64,000 bases of DNA from a virus: IMG/VR virus record IMGVR_UViG_3300042892_002174, positions 4,331 to 68,330 of that record. One strand, 5' to 3'. Every line of letters starts with the position of its first letter. The stretch's first letter is position 1. Under the pieces are notes generated by a model. It saw only the letters and a program-made list of their open reading frames with translations, did not search any database and was not told the DNA's origin. Made by a program: the position numbers and the translations under genes. This document shows, one piece after another, positions 60,721-64,000 of this stretch.

Positions 60721-62031
60721 TTACTCTTCCTCGTAGTAGGCGTATTGACCCCAGGGCGGAACAATGCTAGTGGTACCATGCAAGATGAACACTGTTTCGG
60801 TATAGTTCTCATCACCCCACGAACCAAACGGGTAGCCGTCTGTGAACATGACCAGGCGCTTGGGCTCAATCTCGTTTTCTTTCAAGTAGTTATACACACA
60901 ATCAAAGTCTGTACCGCCACCACCTTTGACTTCGTAGTCACAAATAGTATCCAGGTTGTCCGAGTCGTACTGAGCAGGATTGTATGCATCAGTATCAAAA
61001 GTGACCACGTGGATCTTGTAAGCAGGGAACGAGTCCATGATACCTTGCACCTCGCCCAAGAAGTCCTTGAGCATGCTTTCGGAGATCGAACCACTAGCGT
61101 CCAGTGCAATAGCAATATCAATCATTGGATCCAGCTTCATGCCTGGCATCACAGCATCCATGTGCCAACCTTTACGGCTGGCCCGCATCCAAGTGTAGTC
61201 ACTCTTGATAGTTGACTCCAATTGCATACGGAGCAATTCACGCCAGTTCATCTTGGGCTCAGTCAAGTCCTGGATCAGGCGTTTGACACCTGCGGGCAAG
61301 TTACCTGCTCCGTCCACTGTAGCGGCAGCCGCCAACATGGCTTCCTTGATCTCGTCCTTGATTGCTTGACGCTCTTCGGGCGTGAGCTTGGGACGACCCT
61401 TGCCTTTGCCTTCGTCATCTCCGTCTCCGTCTCCATCTGCGGGATCGCCATCACCGTCCAGGTGGTCATCCAACAACTTGTCAATGAGATCGCTCAAGTT
61501 AATTTTCTTGGCATTCTTCATCAAGTCATCATACACTTCTTCTGAACTCATGCCCTCATACTTCTTGTCATACAGGCAAGGCACGGAAGTAATGAACTCA
61601 CCCACATTGTGCTTTTTCAAGTCTGCGTTAACACAGAAGTCATTGGCAACGTTCCAAATCTGCGGGTCTCGCTCTCCACGACGTCCAAAGTGGTCATACA
61701 CACAATGCAACACCTCATGTCCAAACAAGAATTCAACTTCTTTGGGCTTGAGCAATTTAATGAACTTGCAGTTATAGTAGAAATTGCGTCCATCTGTTGC
61801 GGCAGTAGGGCACCATTCGTCAGCGTTCACCAACTTCAAACGAGTAGCAAGGTTGCCAAAGAAACTGGCCTTAAGCAACAAACCCACACGGGCAGTAATC
61901 AATTGTTCACGTACTTCGCGATCCAGTTTGGGATCCATCTTGCCCAACAGATTTTTAAACTTGTCTGCTTCTTTGGAGTCAGCAGTGGTGCCTGCTTTGG
62001 CATATAACATGTTGGGATTGAAATATTGCAT
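60721..62031 (-). CDS. DUF2201-type metallopeptidase plus VWA-domain protein
   Basis: TAATDG, HEVLH (HExxH), DASGS (MIDAS), GGGGTDF, FTDG; ATG 62031 with AAGGA Shine-Dalgarno. Confidence 0.88.
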   Translation of the reverse strand: MQYFNPNMLYAKAGTTADSKEADKFKNLLGKMDPKLDREVREQLITARVGLLLKASFFGNLATRLKLVNADEWCPTAATDGRNFYYNCKFIKLLKPKEVEFLFGHEVLHCVYDHFGRRGERDPQIWNVANDFCVNADLKKHNVGEFITSVPCLYDKKYEGMSSEEVYDDLMKNAKKINLSDLIDKLLDDHLDGDGDPADGDGDGDDEGKGKGRPKLTPEERQAIKDEIKEAMLAAAATVDGAGNLPAGVKRLIQDLTEPKMNWRELLRMQLESTIKSDYTWMRASRKGWHMDAVMPGMKLDPMIDIAIALDASGSISESMLKDFLGEVQGIMDSFPAYKIHVVTFDTDAYNPAQYDSDNLDTICDYEVKGGGGTDFDCVYNYLKENEIEPKRLVMFTDGYPFGSWGDENYTETVFILHGTTSIVPPWGQYAYYEEE

Positions 62032-62056
62032 GGGCTGTTCCTTAGTTGATGTGTGT

Positions 62057-62085
62057 ATTATAGCAAAAGATGATTTATTCGTCAA
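62057..62085 (-). promoter_or_regulatory. sigma70-type early promoter
   Basis: Minus strand TTGACG-N17-TATAAT with extended -10; spacer begins AATAAATCA. Confidence 0.8.
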
Positions 62086-62390
62086 CTTACTACTTCAGTA
62101 TTAGTTGTGGGCCTGTTCAAGTATTTGAGCTGGAACCAACTCTGTGCGGCTTCGCTAAAGAAGTCAACATGCACCTGCTGTTCGTAGTGCATGTTGGGAC
62201 CGTCTTTGTACGGGTGCTCGTTTGCAACCAAGCCAAGATGATATCGATATGTGAAACCCATCTCTTTTCGCAGTCGGGTTCGCAGTGCCATTCCCATGCC
62301 AAAGTCTCGAAGAATCACGGCATAGATGTCTGCCCACTCTCCGGGGTTGTGAAAGATGATCAAGTTCTTTTTGACAGTTACTTTAAACAT
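62082..62390 (-). CDS. Hypothetical protein
   Basis: 102 aa; VHVDFFSEAAQSWFQLKY C-terminal motif. Confidence 0.65.
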   Translation of the reverse strand: MFKVTVKKNLIIFHNPGEWADIYAVILRDFGMGMALRTRLRKEMGFTYRYHLGLVANEHPYKDGPNMHYEQQVHVDFFSEAAQSWFQLKYLNRPTTNTEVVS

Positions 62391-62395
62391 ACTCT

Positions 62396-62452
62396 AAAAA
62401 GAGAGAGCCGTGTAGTCCACAGCCCGTGTATTTAATCTACACAGCCCTCTCT
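62396..62452 (-). terminator. Long stem-loop with U-tail downstream of the AAA gene
   Basis: Minus-strand RNA AGAGAGGGCUGUGUAG pairs with CUACACGGCUCUCUCU (16 bp, two G-U), 21-nt loop, then UUUU. Confidence 0.65.
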
Positions 62453-62456
62453 TATA

Positions 62457-63542
62457 TTAGGCTGATGCCTGCAAGATGTACTTGCCGTATTTGCTGTGGA
62501 ACTCGTCAAAGTTCTTGAGCTTGGTAGGCAAGAACGGCAAGTCGTATGTGGTAAGTGCAATACGAGCACCCATCACAGTGAGCTCAGTCTCAAAGTTCTT
62601 CATCATGAAACCCAGGAAGTTATCCGCCATCTCATGGAACTTCTTGTCCTCAACCTTCTTCTCAACTGCATCCTTAAGCTCATAGCACATGGAGATAACC
62701 AGTGAGTACATGGCACTGACTTCTTTTACGTTCAAGTCCTTGACCTTGCCTGCCAACACATCTGCTGGGTTAGGCATCTTGCTGGACACCTTGCGGTGTG
62801 CCATGAACTTAACTGCAAGGCCTTCACCTACTGTACCAGCAATCAAGTTGGTAAGGGTATCATTGTCTCCATCCTCGTCCTCCAACAGCTGGCTCACAAA
62901 GGTCCAGGTACGCGGAGTAGCAAAGGCACGGCTGGCACTCTTGGCATCAAAGTCGTACAGGTCCTGCTTGGCAAAGCTCAAGTAACCTACCACGTCCTTG
63001 TGGATTTTGTTTTTAACAGCCCAGTCTTGGTAGCTGGCAAAGTCCACTTTCATTTCCTGGTGCAGGAAACGGTTTGCAAGCGGAGTAGGCATGCGGTAGG
63101 TAACACCCTTGTCCGACTCACGGTTACCTGCGGCAACCATCACAACGTTCTTGGGCAAGTGATACTTGCCAATGCGTCGATTCAAAATCAACTGGTAAGC
63201 GGCACTCTGCACAGAAGGAGCCGCAGAGTTCAGCTCGTCCAAAAACAACACCACAATAGGGTACTGGCTGGCAGTAGCCTCATCAGGCAATTCCACAGGC
63301 GGTGCCCAATCCATAACACCTTTGTCTTTGTTGTAATAGGGAATACCACGGATGTCTGTGGGCTCCATCTGACCCAAGCGGAGGTCAATCATGAGTCCGT
63401 TGAGTTCGTTAGTAATGCCCTCAACCAGTTCACTCTTGCCGATGCCGGGAGGACCCCACAGGAACAACGGACGCTGAACTTTGAATGCTTTGAGCAGGCT
63501 TTTACGTGCCTGGACGGAATTGACGGTGCGGGTATCTGACAT
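62457..63542 (-). CDS. MoxR/dynein-related AAA+ ATPase
   Basis: Walker A GPPGIGKS, Walker B LFLDE, AAGN sensor 1, LANRF arginine finger; VWA partner nearby. Confidence 0.92.
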   Translation of the reverse strand: MSDTRTVNSVQARKSLLKAFKVQRPLFLWGPPGIGKSELVEGITNELNGLMIDLRLGQMEPTDIRGIPYYNKDKGVMDWAPPVELPDEATASQYPIVVLFLDELNSAAPSVQSAAYQLILNRRIGKYHLPKNVVMVAAGNRESDKGVTYRMPTPLANRFLHQEMKVDFASYQDWAVKNKIHKDVVGYLSFAKQDLYDFDAKSASRAFATPRTWTFVSQLLEDEDGDNDTLTNLIAGTVGEGLAVKFMAHRKVSSKMPNPADVLAGKVKDLNVKEVSAMYSLVISMCYELKDAVEKKVEDKKFHEMADNFLGFMMKNFETELTVMGARIALTTYDLPFLPTKLKNFDEFHSKYGKYILQASA

Positions 63543-63577
63543 GGGCTGTGTCCTTTAAAAAATGTTAGTAAGCCGTT

Positions 63578-63606
63578 AGTATAACTGAAGTTGATTTATT
63601 GGTCAA
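63578..63606 (-). promoter_or_regulatory. sigma70-type early promoter
   Basis: Minus strand TTGACC-N17-TATACT; spacer begins AATAAATCA as at 62057-62085. Confidence 0.75.
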
Positions 63607-63764
63607 CTATTGCAAGTCTCAAAAGGACTAAACAATTCTGTGTTGCTTTCTTGCAACATTTCTTCGTAGACCCACTCTGCAGGGATCTCAAGAATTCGTG
63701 CAATGGCACGGGGTTGGTGGCCTTCTTCCAACATGGTTTGGATGTCAAGGCTAAGTTCGCTCAT
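63603..63764 (-). CDS. Small hypothetical protein (53 aa, possible helix-turn-helix)
   Basis: Not in the ORF track; MSELSLDIQTMLEEGHQPRAIARILEIPAEWVYEEMLQESNTELFSPFETCNS. Confidence 0.55.
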   Translation of the reverse strand: MSELSLDIQTMLEEGHQPRAIARILEIPAEWVYEEMLQESNTELFSPFETCNS

Positions 63765-63772
63765 TCTACTCA

Positions 63773-64000
63773 TTATACAGTTCCTTCAAGGTAAGGTTGA
63801 ATTCGTTTGGCTTGACGAAATTCTTTTTCGGTCCACAACAGCCAGCTGTCAATGTCTTTTCTAGAGTCAGAAAGAACCATGTACCAACAAATATGGTGTC
63901 CACTGGGTGATTTGGCAAGCAGAGTATTTTTATAATCTTCGTATGTGACAGCAGCCGGATTAAACGCCTTGACAAGGCGAGTGTAAGGATCGTAAAAATG
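63773..64000 (-). CDS. Hypothetical protein (3' part; starts beyond the window)
   Basis: Open frame from 64000 to the TAA at 63773: HFYDPYTRLVKAF...PYLEGTV. Confidence 0.45.
   Translation of the reverse strand, partial: HFYDPYTRLVKAFNPAAVTYEDYKNTLLAKSPSGHHICWYMVLSDSRKDIDSWLLWTEKEFRQAKRIQPYLEGTV

Noticed and set aside
62796-63539. 247-aa plus-strand ORF and the many other antisense ORFs in the track
   Set aside because: They are shadows of well-supported genes on the opposite strand, with no recognisable motifs.
1-64000. Stop-codon recoding as seen in some jumbo phages
   Set aside because: Standard-code ORFs tile the window densely, including a 4921-aa ORF; TAG and TGA both end genes at plausible positions.

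Overview
The window is a segment of a large T4-like/jumbo myophage genome read in the standard genetic code. From left to right it has five parts. (i) An AT-rich accessory block: a truncated Bug/TctC solute-binding protein, an ANL adenylate-forming enzyme and an SGNH-like protein. (ii) A gp47-like Mre11/SbcD nuclease and a gp55-like late sigma factor. (iii) A ~31 kb baseplate/tail module with gp53-, gp5-, gp25- and gp6-like genes, a 4921-aa giant structural protein and tail fibres, preceded by TAAATA late-promoter boxes. (iv) A ~22 kb biosynthetic-type cluster directly behind the tail fibres: five radical SAM enzymes with an N-terminal twitch/SPASM-like domain, about seven glycosyltransferase-like proteins, a NodU/TobZ carbamoyltransferase with a coupled 33-aa peptide, an amidinotransferase, a DegT aminotransferase, an SDR epimerase and an SGNH-like protein. 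(v) thyX, small early genes and a MoxR-type AAA+/VWA-metallopeptidase pair. Part (iv) is the most interesting: it looks like a phage-encoded pathway for making and attaching a heavily tailored amino/guanidino/carbamoyl sugar, target unknown (virion proteins, DNA or host surface). All assignments come from motif recognition by eye; no searches were run. No tRNA, rRNA, CRISPR array or mobile element was seen.
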